DNA from: Octopus sinensis
Taxonomy: Eukaryota
Direction of reading: 5' to 3'
Assembly: GCF_006345805.1 (NCBI RefSeq)
Contig: NC_043013.1
Coordinates: 58,466,001-58,530,000 of the forward strand
DNA: 64,000 bases
Shown here: piece after piece, positions 50,638 through 63,664 of the stretch
Layout: the number at the start of each line of letters is the position of its first letter
How positions within the stretch are numbered: position 1 is the stretch's first letter
Notes under the pieces: model-generated
The model's input: only the letters and a program-made list of their open reading frames with translations
What the model was told of the DNA's origin: nothing
The model's database searches: none
Position numbers and translations under genes: made by a program

Positions 50638-52869
50638 CGATAGACAAATAATTACATATACGAAAAGATTATCATATTTTTTATATCTTTGTTGTGATTG
50701 CATGTATGTTTCAATCTGTTTATGTTCGATGTTATATTGATCTTATGCATACTCTATGTTCTTATGTTTTGATTTATCTATATTTTGTTACCGTTGTATT
50801 TTATTAGATTTTTAGCTGGAAGTGTATTTTCTCCCCGCCCCCTCGTTTCTTATGAGAACTGCCAGAATGCAGTTGTTACCAATGTATACATTGTTATAAA
50901 GCTAAGTGAAATAGTGAGCAGAAAGAGTGAGGTACCTGTTTAAAAAGTCACCGGATGAGACGCTGTCTACACATGTGATGCAAGAGAATTGGCTGTACGG
51001 CATCTCACATATGATCCACAGGTGCAGAATGAGTGGAATTTGTAGAATTGTAGTGGAATTTAATTTTTAAAATTATCTCCCGAATTCCATTTTGTGACTC
51101 TGAATACATTTTATATATACGTGTGTGTGTATGTGTGTTTGTGTGTGTGCGTGTGCGTGTGCGTATGTATGTGTGCGCGCGCATGAGTGTGTGAGAGAGA
51201 GAGAGTGTGTGTGTATTTACAAATATATTTGTACTAACGAAAGTGCCATTTCCGTATGATTGCTAATAAATTTGCCATCACATCACAGCAATGTTCTGCT
51301 GGGAAAAACCTCCCTTTTCGTGTCTTTGTCAATGAACTGCACAAACAACATCTGGAAGATACACGTGCATTTACATCTGTGACTGATTAGGAATGCAGGC
51401 ATAAAATAGAAATTATTAATATAAATATTTAATCATCATGGCAGGTGTTGACTATCTTCCCTCTTGTTTGTATACTTATCGTTTATGTGTATGTGTATGA
51501 CACATTCGTATTTGTTGGTGTGTTGACGTGTTGTTATTTTAGAGTTACTGCTGGATGAAATATAAGGTCACGTTGAAGTGGTTTTAGTTGTATGAAGGTG
51601 CTGGAGTCTGTGCTACATTAACGATTGCTATGAAAATAAACTGTAATCATACCAACTGAGCTGGAATCGATGACAGTCTGGCAAATGGGAACAACTAGTT
51701 GAGGTTAATGTAATGAGGATTATGTTAAAAAATTCTTGATCTAAAGAATGAGAATTGGCACATACTAAAGTTTGCTCTAAGGAACGAGGTTAATACAGCA
51801 TATTGTACGCTGTTTTATTAACATGAAGAAGTGGAAGTAAGGAAGGAAATTAAGGCATTAAGAAGTGGTTTTACGTGGCACCAATTGATAAGGGTAACAT
51901 TCTAGACATTTTAATGTTTTATTAAATAGGGCGCATAAAAACCGTTTCAGTAGAACATTACTGTGATGTGACGCCATATTTATTAGCAATCATACGGGTA
52001 TGACACTTTCGTTTGCGCCAAAACGTTTAGAAATACCATCAACAATATTAGTAAAATGAAATAGCTTCTAACGATAGAGAAATAATTTGTATTACTGTTA
52101 ATGTAACGGTAGAGTAGCTGTAAATAAAATAGGTATTGAACCAGTAGACAACTCTCTCGGAAAATAGGCATTAAAATAATGTAGAGAAATGGCTGGAGGA
52201 ATCACTTGGAGTAATCTATTCTATTGTTGTAATGGATCAGGTAATACAATCACTGACAAACAAATTTCAACAACAGCACACGACTGTGACACTAACTTTC
52301 TGTTATCTGTATGAGATGTACTGTTAAATAATCTATTGTTGCGGAGAAAGTCTCAAGATATTTCTGTTGCACATAAAAGAAATTTCGTTATTCTCAGAAC
52401 TTTATTCTTCGAGTAGAGAAAACAAATTTGAAGACTTGCCGTTTTTTTTGTTAAGTATCGGAATGCTTCCAGTCTACTATAAAAAAAAACAACAAAAAAA
52501 AAGAACAGAAGAAAACTCTACGACTTATAAACATTTATTGACAGTTCCAGTCACACGGGCATTCATGGAGGATGAGTTTCGCTAAGCTGGAATTATTAAA
52601 CAAAGAACAGCTTCTCTTCAGAGAGCTTAAAGCCATTGTAAATGTACAACGGAAAATAGAGTTTGTTGAACGATCAGTATTAGCAAAATATTGTTAATAC
52701 TCTCAAAGTTAGTAATACAAAATTTCACTAAACTTCACTAGTTAGCAATGCATCACACTTAGCAAAATAAGCTATAACTAAATAAGAGTTTAAAATAATA
52801 TCAATTAGTAAATAATACTGAATAATTTCATTATTTTTGCTAAATTAAAATTTAATAAAAGAGTTCGAA

Positions 52870-53840
52870 ATTTGAACAAGTAAAGTTGCTTGTAAGAAAA
52901 TCTCTGAGAGTAGTAACTATTCTGAGAAGTAATGCTTATCGCCACTTCAACATGGTTCTTCCGTAGGAAAAGACATTACTACCAGTTTTAGCCCCAGGAA
53001 GAGGCCTCCTCCAACCGGTTATCGATGCAATCTACGGCCTACATATTGCTGTTCCAAAGGAACAGAAGTTATTACCATTTTAAACCCCAGGATGAGCTCT
53101 CCAGCTGGTTATCGACGCAATCTACAGCTGATATATGTTGCAAGCAGCGGAACGAACCCATAACATGTTCTAGCAACGACAACAGGACCACCAGACTGTC
53201 GGGTTTCGAGCTATCTTCAGTAGTCGACATCCTCCGTTAGAGATAGCACGAAACCAGATGGTCTGGTGGTCCCGTCATCATCGGTAGAAGATGGTAGGGC
53301 TTCGCTCCACTGCTTGAAACATATATCAGCTGTAGACTGCGTCGATAACCAGCTGGAGAACTCATCATGGGGTTTAAAATGGTATTAACTTCTGTTCCTT
53401 TGGAACAGCCATGTTGAAGTGGCGATAAAGATTACCTCTCGATAGAGTTACAACTTTCATCTCTTATAGAAATTTTGAAACTAGCTACTTTACTTATTCC
53501 AAGATCAGTGATGAGTTGTCACTTATTTGTCTATATATTGCGAACTGGAGCGAACTACTGCTGCCTCGAGCGGACGGTTATCTACCATTGAGGAGGAGTA
53601 GAAATAGCTTTGAAACCGGACGATTTGGAAGCTTCATCGTTGTCGCTAGAAGATAGTACAGATTCGCTCTCCTATTTCCAATACGTATGGGTGCAGAATG
53701 CATCGACAACCAGCTGGAGAAGGTCTCCTTCTGTGGTTAAAATTGGTATTAATCTCGGTTCCAACGGACCAGCTATGTTGAAGTGGTGATAAGAATTACT
53801 TGTCAGTTAGAACTTTGAAAATTTTTAATTTTTGATATAG
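52870..53840. repeat. Long imperfect inverted repeat with duplicated sub-unit and a third diverged arm
   Basis: Arms ~52870-53215 and ~53240-53505 pair (TTATCGCCACTTCAACATGG / CCATGTTGAAGTGGCGATAA; CTGTTCCAAAGGAACAGAAGTT...CAGCTGATATATG). The left arm has an internal tandem sub-repeat, and a third copy lies at ~53590-53840. Confidence 0.88.
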
Positions 53841-54081
53841 AATTATGAATGAAAATTTAGCAAGTTTAATAATGTGATCCACTCTCTTCATTTCGAAATA
53901 AAGGTTCCTAATTCGAACATTCCCAGGAATTAACTTATTAAAGAATAAGATATCAAAGAGAGTCGGTAATGCAACTAAAGGCGCCTGATTTCTTCGTTAC
54001 GATGTTGATGTCACTATCATAAATACATGGACTCGATTTCTTGTCTCCAAACGTTAGACATTTTACATTGTCCCGTTTATT

Positions 54082-55850
54082 CAAGTAAAACAAGAGTCTA
54101 GTGTTGGCAAAGTGCCTACACCAACCTGAATATATATATTGCTAATGCAATATCTATAGATTCATCTTCTTCAACTGAAGTAAAATCTTTTCTAAGATTT
54201 ATATTTATTGATGGTGTAATTTGTCTATTGGATTATATCATGGGAAACTTTTAGCTTCATTGCATCACTGTAATCTTGTGATGCTCTAGCGAAAGGGACC
54301 TCATAGGAGCATAAACTTTGCAAGAGTATGCAGATGTCTTGGAATAAATTCTTTGCGGAAGACTTGCAATAAATGGTAAGGTGTAATTTTTTTTTCTTAT
54401 TGCAAGATTCATTTTGTCAGGAATCTCTTTGGGATGATAGCTGCAATTGTATAGATTTGGCGAAATATCGAGAAAATTACGTAAGTTTCATGTATAAAAG
54501 ATATGGAGAAAAACTTGTATACCATTCAAATGCATTAGTTGGCGGGAGTAAAATAATAAACGAATAACATTAGCAGATGAAACTATCATTGGTGGTTGTT
54601 TGGAAAAGTGAAAATTGAAAAAATGACTCTTAGTGAAGTGAAAATAAGGCTGATGGAAGATTCCTTGCAAAAGAATATCATACGATACATACAAATATGT
54701 ATGCATGTATATATATATATATATATATATATATGCAAGCATATTTTAATATAATATGTTTGTGTGGTGATGGGGTGGTGAAAGATATCCACTACCACAA
54801 ATATATTTTTACTTCCCTTCTAAGTTTGTATTTCCAATGAATATTATAAGGCCGGCTAATGGTATCCTTTTATTATTTTATGATAATTAATCATGCAACT
54901 AATCGTTTTTTCTTTTTGTTTTTGTAATGATATTCATTTTTCTTCTCTATGGTCGTTGTATTTCAAACTCATCGATCTTCACATAATAGTTCCAAGATCC
55001 CCATCGGAAACCACAGAATTAGGATGTGCGAAGTTTCAACGTTCTCTGAAGCAATTTCTACTTTTTTTGTATATTGACACATTATATTTTTCTAGATTAC
55101 AATAACACTTCAACATGTATACACACACACACACACACATATCTTACCTGGTTCTGATATTCCTTCTTTTAAAAATTTTAATAAATACACAGATTTTGCT
55201 ACACCTTCATAAACTTTTCCCTCGGTGCCCTTAACGTGTATCTAGATCTCAATGTAGCGTGCTACGTTTCATAGTGTAGGTCCCTTTAACTGAAAATAAT
55301 GAAAAGAGTTTATATCACCCCTTCCCTACTTTTTTATGGGCATTTACCACTCTCTAAGGTTTGTTTATTTATGTGGTAAAGGGTACATATAGCCATATAA
55401 AATTATGATTCGAGAGAACATCGAATAATATTTATGTTTGACCAGCAGCCACTTCTGAACTGGCAATTTCTAATGCTCTTAATTCTTAATAAACGCACTC
55501 CGCTAGCTACATTAGGTCTCTTGATGGTGATAAGAAGATAGATAAAAATTAAACATGAATTACAATCCCATGACCTCCACTGTGATCCATTCCTGCCACT
55601 CCAAAATTGCAGTTGTCTTTCTCTTTGCTTATTTCTGCTAAAGCAATGGCAACATGGAATTCTTTCATCCTCTAGCTCTGATAAAATATTTGAGAAAAAA
55701 TATATTGATATATCTTGTCAGTTGAAAATCCATATTTCTTGCAGATGAAGATGGCACTGTATTTAAATTGATATAATACTTGCATTGTTCGATTAAATGG
55801 AGTCACTTGAAACGGTCGTATTGCATTAATACCTGACATCCTGTTACTTA
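54082..55850 (-). pseudogene. Decayed Cys-loop ligand-gated ion channel (nAChR-like) gene
   Basis: NAIRP...TMQVLYQF segment (55850-55743); AG/GT-bounded exon 55289-55148; Cys-loop TGC(55053)...TTC GCA CAT [4-nt gap] CC TAA TTC TGT(55015) = C......F(P)(Y)(D)(T)(Q)FC; GFRWGSWNY; KLRREVKIY starting 176 nt (~59 codons) after GSW, as in nAChR; ISLIFTSL (TM2-like, 54654); QPP; GWCRHFANTRLLFYL (TM4-like, ~54120). Stops and frameshifts throughout. Confidence 0.6.
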
Positions 55851-55974
55851 TTTGATTTATATATAAATATATATATATGCCTGTATATATGTGCATACAT
55901 ATATATACATACATGCGCAGGTGTGTATGCATACAGATATGCATGAATGTAAACATATACGTATATGTTAAGTT

Positions 55975-56140
55975 AAAGTTTGTAAAAGCACAAAGACGAA
56001 GACAGGTGTTGGAACGACATTCGGGAAAAATGGAAAAGCCTTTTACGTTTCGAGCTTACGCTCTTCAACAGAAAGGAATAGAAGGAAATAAAAAGAGAGA
56101 GGATGAATAAAAAAAATCTGTTGAGTTTAATGGTCGCACA
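55975..56140 (-). mobile_element. Penelope pLTR-derived repeat with hammerhead-like motif (copy 4)
   Basis: Reverse complement reads CCTTT-CTGTTGA-A-GAGC-GTAA-GCTC-GAAA-CGT-A-AAAGG (56039-56076). Confidence 0.7.
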
Positions 56141-58529
56141 TCTTCATTGTCTTTTAAGGAAATATTTCTTATACTGAATGAACTCCTGTTCTACAGATTT
56201 TCTACAAAGTAACAACCTTTCATATATTTCTAAGAAATACTCTAATATACTTAGGTGAACTTATGTGATCTGCCGAAAAGTTTAGATAACCCCCATGCAT
56301 TTATAATCATGTCATTTTGTTCCATTGTTTCCATGACTTTTGTGACATTTTTTTTCTTTTCATTTTCTAATCATCAAATTCTTTCATTTGATATTCTGTT
56401 ATCTTAATTTTCTCTACTTTCCACCTAAGTTCCATTCGAACCGAACCGTTTCTTCCTTGTACGCCTCCTTTGCGATGTTACTACTACCAAGACTTGGTTT
56501 CTAAGTTACCGGTAACACCGCGAATTGTTTGTTTCTTTCCACCAACAGAGTCAGCAAGGAGTTTTCCCCTTTCTATTTCTGACAATAGTCGAATCCCTTC
56601 AATTATTTTCCCAAGGACTTTCTCCGTTACACGAACACTGCACAGTTTAATGCCTTTCTGTAAATGTGTGAAGCAACATTTATGATTTCGATACGGGTAT
56701 TGAGAAATGAATCATGTTATTGATTTGATGAAAATGCCTTCACCGTTTCCATACATTTTGCCCTCCCTTAGACTACCTCAATGTGGTGACAAGTTGCCGT
56801 ATAGCAATTTAATTACAATTTAACATTTACTGATCAAAGCAGTTTATATTATAATTTCTTCGCTCCTACTCAAATAATCAAACGTATTCAACGTGAGTAT
56901 TCAATAGTCGTTACAAACCAAGGACGGTGATGTGTTGGAGACATCTGAGTAGAAAAACAAATGTTTAAAACAAATGAAGTTCAAATCTCACTGAATTAAT
57001 TTTCCGTTTCATTTTCTGCTACTTTTCTTTTTTTTTTTTTTTTTTTCACCAAATTTGAAAAAATGATGACCAGTAATTATGTCAGTTTCCACGAACTTCA
57101 TAATATATCTTCTACTGAAAATTTGGATTTGCTCTGCGACAAAATATGCATTGCTAAAATATGATTTAAAATTTATGACATTAAATCAATTTTAATAGTT
57201 TAATCATCATCAAGAACTGGGCCAGGGACTGAAGCTTTATGTGGTCACTAAATCTTGCAAGACAGCAACCAAAACTTTCTCAAATTGGCCCCTTTGATAT
57301 GTGATCCTAAAGATACCAACTCTAAACAAGATAGTCATGGCGGGAGTGCTTTTCATAAAACACCGACAGTCTATATTCCGAGGTTATATTTTCATATTTA
57401 AATTGTGAAATATATTTTCCGTGGTAGACTATTTTGTGCGTTTACCAAACTACTTTCTGTTACATACACTTTCACTGCTTCTGGCTTTTATAGAAAACAT
57501 TCTTGGTAAATAACTTGAATCTTTAGAAATAGAATTCTTAGGAAGGCACAAGGCCGGAAATTTGAAATGAGGGAGCAGATTCACAAAATTGTTTTTCATT
57601 TTATCACCACCAAAGAATGAAATCAAAGTTGTTTGCGTTTGAATGTAAGAAGGGAAGTGCAAGACAATTCGTTCAGCATTGTAGAAATTGTAAAATTGTT
57701 CGACGCCTTAGAGATTGTGCCAATTAAACGCAATATGTGAGGTCACTGAATATGAGTGACAATTTGCTACAGAAGTGCGTGTGTGGCTGCAGAACAGGAC
57801 CAACTGCCCGTCTGGATTCGAAACCATTATTGTGCGATCGGAAGTACAACACTCTAACCGCCAACCTACGTGCCTTCACACACACACAAACACACACACT
57901 CACACACACACACACACAATATATATATATATACTTATCTATTGTGTATTATTTATGTATTTCGGCATAAATGATGTCATTGGAGTGGAGTTTGAGCTAT
58001 TTGGGATCCCTGATCTGAAGTAATCGATTTTGATGTCAGATAACATACGAGTTTGCGTCTCCAGCATAAATGAAGGTAGCAGTTAATCATTACAGCGAGC
58101 TTTGATTAATATTCAGCCTGACAACCTGCATGCATCTCTTAGGTCATGCGTGAGATATATATATATATATATATCATAGACTCTCACGTCGTTAGACGAC
58201 GTATGAGGCTTCGCCAATTTCTTGCGAACGGACATGTTATTTTGTGCTTTGTATTACTTCGTTGAAACTTGTAAAAATTCTTGTACTCTTACTCCTTTTG
58301 AAAGTGAGCCCGTCTGGCGGTTGAAGTTTCACCAAACCGAGAATGTTCGCCCATTTGGGGGAGAATTGTCTCTCCATAAGTCTGATGAAAACAAAACATT
58401 TTTTTTCGACGCGCAAATTACTTTCCATAACATGGAAGCAAAGCTGAAGGAAGATTGCGACCCCTTATCCGGTTGTTACAAAGAGGCTTTCCCGTCTATC
58501 CCTTGTGGAGAGAGAGAGAGAGAGAGGAG

Positions 58530-60390
58530 GACGAGAACGCAGTTGTTGCACGGTCTCTGGCAACAGTTCTCGAAGCGACCGGATTTGGCCCAACTTTCTG
58601 CGGCTGGATCACCGCTTTATACAGCAACATTCAGTCGAAAGTTTGGGTGGATGGTTATCTATCAGAGCCGTTCTACATTGCGTGCTCGGTCTGCCAAAGA
58701 TGCCTTCTCTCCTCTCTCCTGTGCGTTCTGGTCCTTAAGCCATTACTGCAGAAAATAGAGTCTTCGAGAGGCATCCCGCGTGACCTGGGCTGCGAGAGGA
58801 CAGTGTCAGCATATGCGGACGACATCACAATTCATTGCATCTTGTGACAAGCACCCACAATTATAGGTGGGGCCATAAATGATTTCGAGGCGGTGAAGGG
58901 AGCAAAAATTAACTGTGAAAAGTCGGTCGGCCTGCAACTCGGCACCTGGAGAGACAGGTCGTTACTACTTAACATCGTGGGACGATGGACAGACGGCCCG
59001 GTGAAATTCCTCGCGATCTGGTTCGGAGCAGACCTACAGATACAGAGGGACTGAGAGGAAGCTATCCCTGAAAGGGCCGGTAGAGTTGCCTTATTGTCGT
59101 GCATTATCTGAATTCGTGTCTGGCCAAGTTGGAGCGCTTACTCTTCGGCTTTCTGTGGAAAGGACGGGTCCACTGGTCAGAGGCTCTATCTACTTTCAAC
59201 TGCCGCTAAAATCAGGGCTGGGCATGCCTTATCTAAAAATGCACAGATATGCGCGTAGGCTGAGGCATATCCAGCTCTGCCTAGACGGTGAACAGGTGTG
59301 GTCGCCTTTCATCAAACTCAACTTCTCACAGTTCGCTTCTTTTAGCGAGCTGAACTCATTGATCAAGCGCAGGCCTAGAGTGCTGTCAGGCTCTAACGTT
59401 TCTCTGTCGAGCGGGCAATGTGTGCGGTGGAGGTTCCACCTCGTCTTTCTATAGAGGGTTAGTGGTCGGCAAGTGCGATGACTTCCCAGGGAAACCCTGG
59501 GCTTTGATGACGGTCGACTTGCCAGTCTGTTCCGAAGGATTTTCGGGCCGAGGCCCATGGACAACTACCAGAAATTCCTGGCCTGTCATTTCTATCGAAG
59601 GGCACTGCCTATTCGAGACAAGCTCTTCAGGTACAAAAGTCACACGGACATGCTCGAGATGCGAGTAAAGTGATGAAACCGTTCCGAACGCTGTCGTACG
59701 GTATACATTCATTTCGGACCTATGGGTTTATATAGAACACCTGTTGTCACGTCTGGGAGGAGCCCAGTTGTCACTGGTTCTATCATTGGGATTGTTCCAC
59801 CGCCCATCCTTTAACCGGGAAAGGCTGGCAAGTTTTCTCTGCAAGTTTTCTCCTTTCACTCGCGTCAACCACACAGCCTCTTTCGCTATAGCCATAGCGA
59901 AAGAGGCTGTGTGGTTGACGCGAGTGAAAGGATTGAGAACGGGAAACTTTCTCTTTGGCATCGGTTTAAGCAATTATTACATCGACAACCCGAAAAGGAA
60001 ACTAAGGCTAGAGAAAGAGAGAGAGAGAAAGTAAGTGCCGTCGCGCATATTTGTGACTAGATGGATGCAAATGGCACGCCTGTTACGTATGGATGTGTCT
60101 AAGTTGAGCACGAATCCCTACCACTACATCCTGTTTTTCTCATTGTGTTATTCTCATTTTGTTGTAACATTTTCAATTTTTAAACTGTCACCTTTGTTAA
60201 TTAATTCGACTTTTCTCTTTGTTGCCGTACCTGCGTACGACCTCACCTTGTCTGCCCTGCATTGTCCCTCAATATGTAGCCCTTAGTGGCCAATAAAGAA
60301 TCAGATTTCTTGCCAAACGGATGTGCTTTTTACGCTACTAAGTTTTGTAAATTCCTGTTACTAAAGTCTGTTTATATTTATTATTGATGA
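58530..60390 (+). mobile_element. Tx1/L1-clade LINE ORF2 fragment (RT to C-terminus) plus 3' UTR
   Basis: LATVLEATGFGPTFCGWITALYS...GYLSEPF...SVCQRCLLSSLL...VSAYADDITI; later ...GGLGMP-like KSGLGMPYL, TCSRC.....ETVPNA; many stops. Confidence 0.85.
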
Positions 60391-60399
60391 ATTTTGTGC

Positions 60400-61400
60400 A
60401 ACCTCGTAACTGAAACTGCTTATCAGGGAGGGGTGGTGTCGCATCTAAAATGGCCCCTTTTAGGAGCGAATTTTACTTCCGTTTATTGGTATTTTTGCTA
60501 CGCAATTAATTTTTCAATCATGGCTTCCAGCCTCGTTGAGGGTTACGCCTACCAAGATGAAGTGTACAACGAACTGTTTTCTTCTCTCCCTGCTGCGAGT
60601 GGGAGGCGGGGAATGATCTACTCCCCCAAAAGAAATACAAGGAATACTTTCAAGGACACTCCGAACAACAAAATTAAGGAACTCAAGAAAGATGAATTTA
60701 AACGAAGCAGTCGCGGTTTCGCATCAGCAGCGCGAGTGCAACCAGAATCACTCAACTTTGACGTTGAAAACAACAGCGCCACAGCACGACAAACGATGAT
60801 TTACAAAACGCTGCCACCCAAACAAAACAAGATTGACCAAGTAGCAACAGAAACTATTGAAAATTGCTGGCAACCACTTTGGTCAAGGATCAGATACGTG
60901 GCCAGAGGGGAAAATATGGCACTCTGAAGGTGCGGTTCGCTTCGGAAGACGAATTCAAAGAACACTTCACAGTGTCCCTAAAAGCGAACTAGATGGTGCT
61001 CCTGCCGACCTACCTGGGTTGTCGAAGTGACTCAAAAGTTGAAATTGGGGACGTGCACTCCAGTGATTGACGGCTTATGGGTGCTGGTAGCTGTTCTGCT
61101 TCACATTGAGGACAAAATAAACATATTACAAAATACCAAACAGCACCAATAGAACTGATTGGGGCCAGGGGACAGAGTTGCTAATTGAAGTAAACCGGAG
61201 GACCTAAAACATATACCAGACTTGATAAACATAACAGATGGCACAATACTGCACGTGATGGTGGAAAGGCGATGACCCAAGTGCTACCGAAGTGAGCAAA
61301 AAGCTCACCTCAAAGCCTCCTGCCTAATGGGTGCAAGAGACATAAGCCAGCCCCAGACATAGAAAACACACCAACAGATTCCATCACAGCCAACCCAACG
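60400..61400 (+). mobile_element. Tx1/L1-type LINE 5' UTR plus ORF1 (gag-like) fragment
   Basis: MASSLVEGYAYQDEVY... ORF continuing ...LKVRFASEDEF...LLPTYLG..., with a degenerate zinc knuckle PKCYRSEQKAHLKASC at ~61280-61325. Confidence 0.65.
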
Positions 61401-61429
61401 CACCACAAACTTTCCTACCACCCACGAAA

Positions 61430-62510
61430 AGAGCAAAGTCCATACAACCCACAGAAGATATATCGATGTCTACGGCAGCGGACATTGCCACAGTCCCAAT
61501 CTAACGTTGCCGTTTTCTTGCTCCCTCCCAATGCTTGCTTTTTAAAAAAACTCGCCACTCTAGCCATCTCTCCTTTCTTAGCCGTTGCCTCCGCCATCAC
61601 GTCACACCCCGTGGCTTCCTCTTGAAGTTCCACGCCACCCCCTATTCCTCCCCTCTCATCGAACCCACCCTCGCCCGCACTTCCCGCATCCTCGTCCGTG
61701 CCACCATCCGTTCCACCCGCGCTCTCCTTCACTCTCTTGACCACCAACTTCCCCAGGTTTACCTCCCTCTCTCCTCCCTCTGCCCTCCACTTTTCACCCA
61801 ACCCATTCTCCGCTTCATTCTTAATCTCAACCACCAACTCCACAATTTCCTCACACACAACAAAAAGCAAAAAACTCCACCACCTCCTCAACCCTTCACC
61901 TCCTTCCCCTCCCCATCCCCTACATCTTCCCCTCCAGCTCCCCCGACTCCCTCCAATCTGACACTCCCCCTTCTCCCCTGCACCCTCCACAGACCCACAC
62001 ACACCCCACCCTGACCTTCCTACGCTTACCCCATCTTCACCCAACTATTCCAACTCTCCTCCTCACACCTCTGCACCCCCTCTTCCTGACCCCACTCATC
62101 CTACCACCCTGCTTCCTCGCACTGTTGTCACTAAAACCCCCAATCTCCTCCTCTCCCCTGCCGACCGCTCTCTCCTCAGTAAGGGACTCCGCTTCACGAA
62201 TCTCACGCGCCACTGTGACGAATTTGAGACCCGGACCGACGTCAACCAGTTCCTGCGCCGCCTCAAACTTTGCGTGTTTTTCCACGGGTCCACACAGATT
62301 CAAAATGTGACCGCGTGTGTACCGTTTGCGATTTTTTTCTTCTGTCTTCCCTTCTCTGGATCTTTCCTTCTCCTATGTTTCCGACGAAGAGCTCCGCTCG
62401 AAACGTTAAACCCTCCTTCTTCCCTTCCTTCCTAAGCGTCCAATAATACTATATTTGTTCCACGTCCTCGTGTTGTGTTTTCTCTTTGTGTTTTTATGTT
62501 TGGGGTATAT
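61430..62510 (+). mobile_element. Internally deleted Penelope-like element (ORF N-terminus joined to pLTR with hammerhead-like motif)
   Basis: TRHSSHLSFLSRCLRHHVTPRGFLLKFH; SLLSKGLRFT...FLRRLKLCVFFH; then GTTT-CCGACGA-A-GAGC-TCC-GCTC-GAAA-CGT-T-AAAC at 62377-62411. Confidence 0.8.
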
Positions 62511-63462
62511 ATATAAAAAAAACAACATAAAACACATACACATATCTCTCTCTCTCTCTTTCTCCCTTTTCCTTTCTTTTACTTTCTTTCCCATTCCCAT
62601 CCATTAAAAATATCACCAATCTAGAGCGGTGGAAATATACGAATGTCGAACCAGATGCTTTGCAGCATTTGTTCCAGCACTTTGTGCTACGGATTCAAAT
62701 CCCAGTGTGACCTAGTTAAATACTTTCCCTCTGGCAACTTTTGTGCCTCCAGGCCCTGGCTTCATACAGTACAGTCTCAATTACCTTAAAATCTGTGGAC
62801 TCATAATATTAATTATAATTGCTTTTATCTTTTGTACAAGGCGCAATGTGGTTTATCGTTTCCGGTACTCCTCGAGTAACTTATTTATCCACCTTGGGTC
62901 GATAAACGGCAAATGTGAACGCGTCAAGATTTGAACTCGGTAACCTAAAGGGACACAACTAAAGTGTGCAGAATGACTGTCTTGCCAATTCTCAACTTGT
63001 TTTATAATAATCACCCTTTCTACTTATGGTAGTGAATTCGGTTCCCGGACGGGGATGTGTGTTGTGTTCTTGAGCAAGACACTTTATTTCCCGGTGCTCC
63101 AGGTCACTCAGTTGTAGAAATAAATTGCGACGTCACTGGTACCAAGTTTTATCACTCTTTGCTTTCCCTTGGATAACATCGGTGGCGTGGAGAGGCGAGA
63201 TTGGTATGCATGGGCTATTGCTGATCTTCCATAAACAATCTCATTAGGATCTGTACCTCTTTTCTAGGTACAATCCTATGGTCATTCATGATCAATGGGG
63301 TCTTTATCTTTACCCTAATGATAATATTAATGATGATGATGGACGTATGAGCTTTTAGCTTTTCCCAAACGACCTACACAAATGATTTGTTTATAGTGAT
63401 CACATGTCCGTGCCGCACATTAGCCCTCTTTCTCTCCGTCTTCTCTCTTTCTCTCTCGCCCT

Positions 63463-63497
<35 letters not shown>

Positions 63498-63664
63498 TCT
63501 CTCTCTCCCGCCGTCAAATTGACAGTGTCTGAACAGATGCAAGCTGTGTTACACGTCAGGTGTCGAAGTGATCGCAGAACAACGTGGAATGAAGTGTTTT
63601 GCTCAAGAGCACAACGCACCACCAGGTCGCGGAATTGAAATCACGATCGCTAGATACGGTGTTG

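Noticed and set aside
54291-54480. Plus-strand Cys-rich exon pair (RVCRCLG...; DSFCQESLWDDSCNC)
   Set aside because: The implied intron is only ~31 nt, and the region is better explained as the antisense of the nAChR-like relic.
55400-55680. Open frame with GVRLLRI resembling nAChR
   Set aside because: It falls inside the inferred intron and duplicates motifs better placed in the 55289-55148 exon; it illustrates the false-positive risk of eye alignment.
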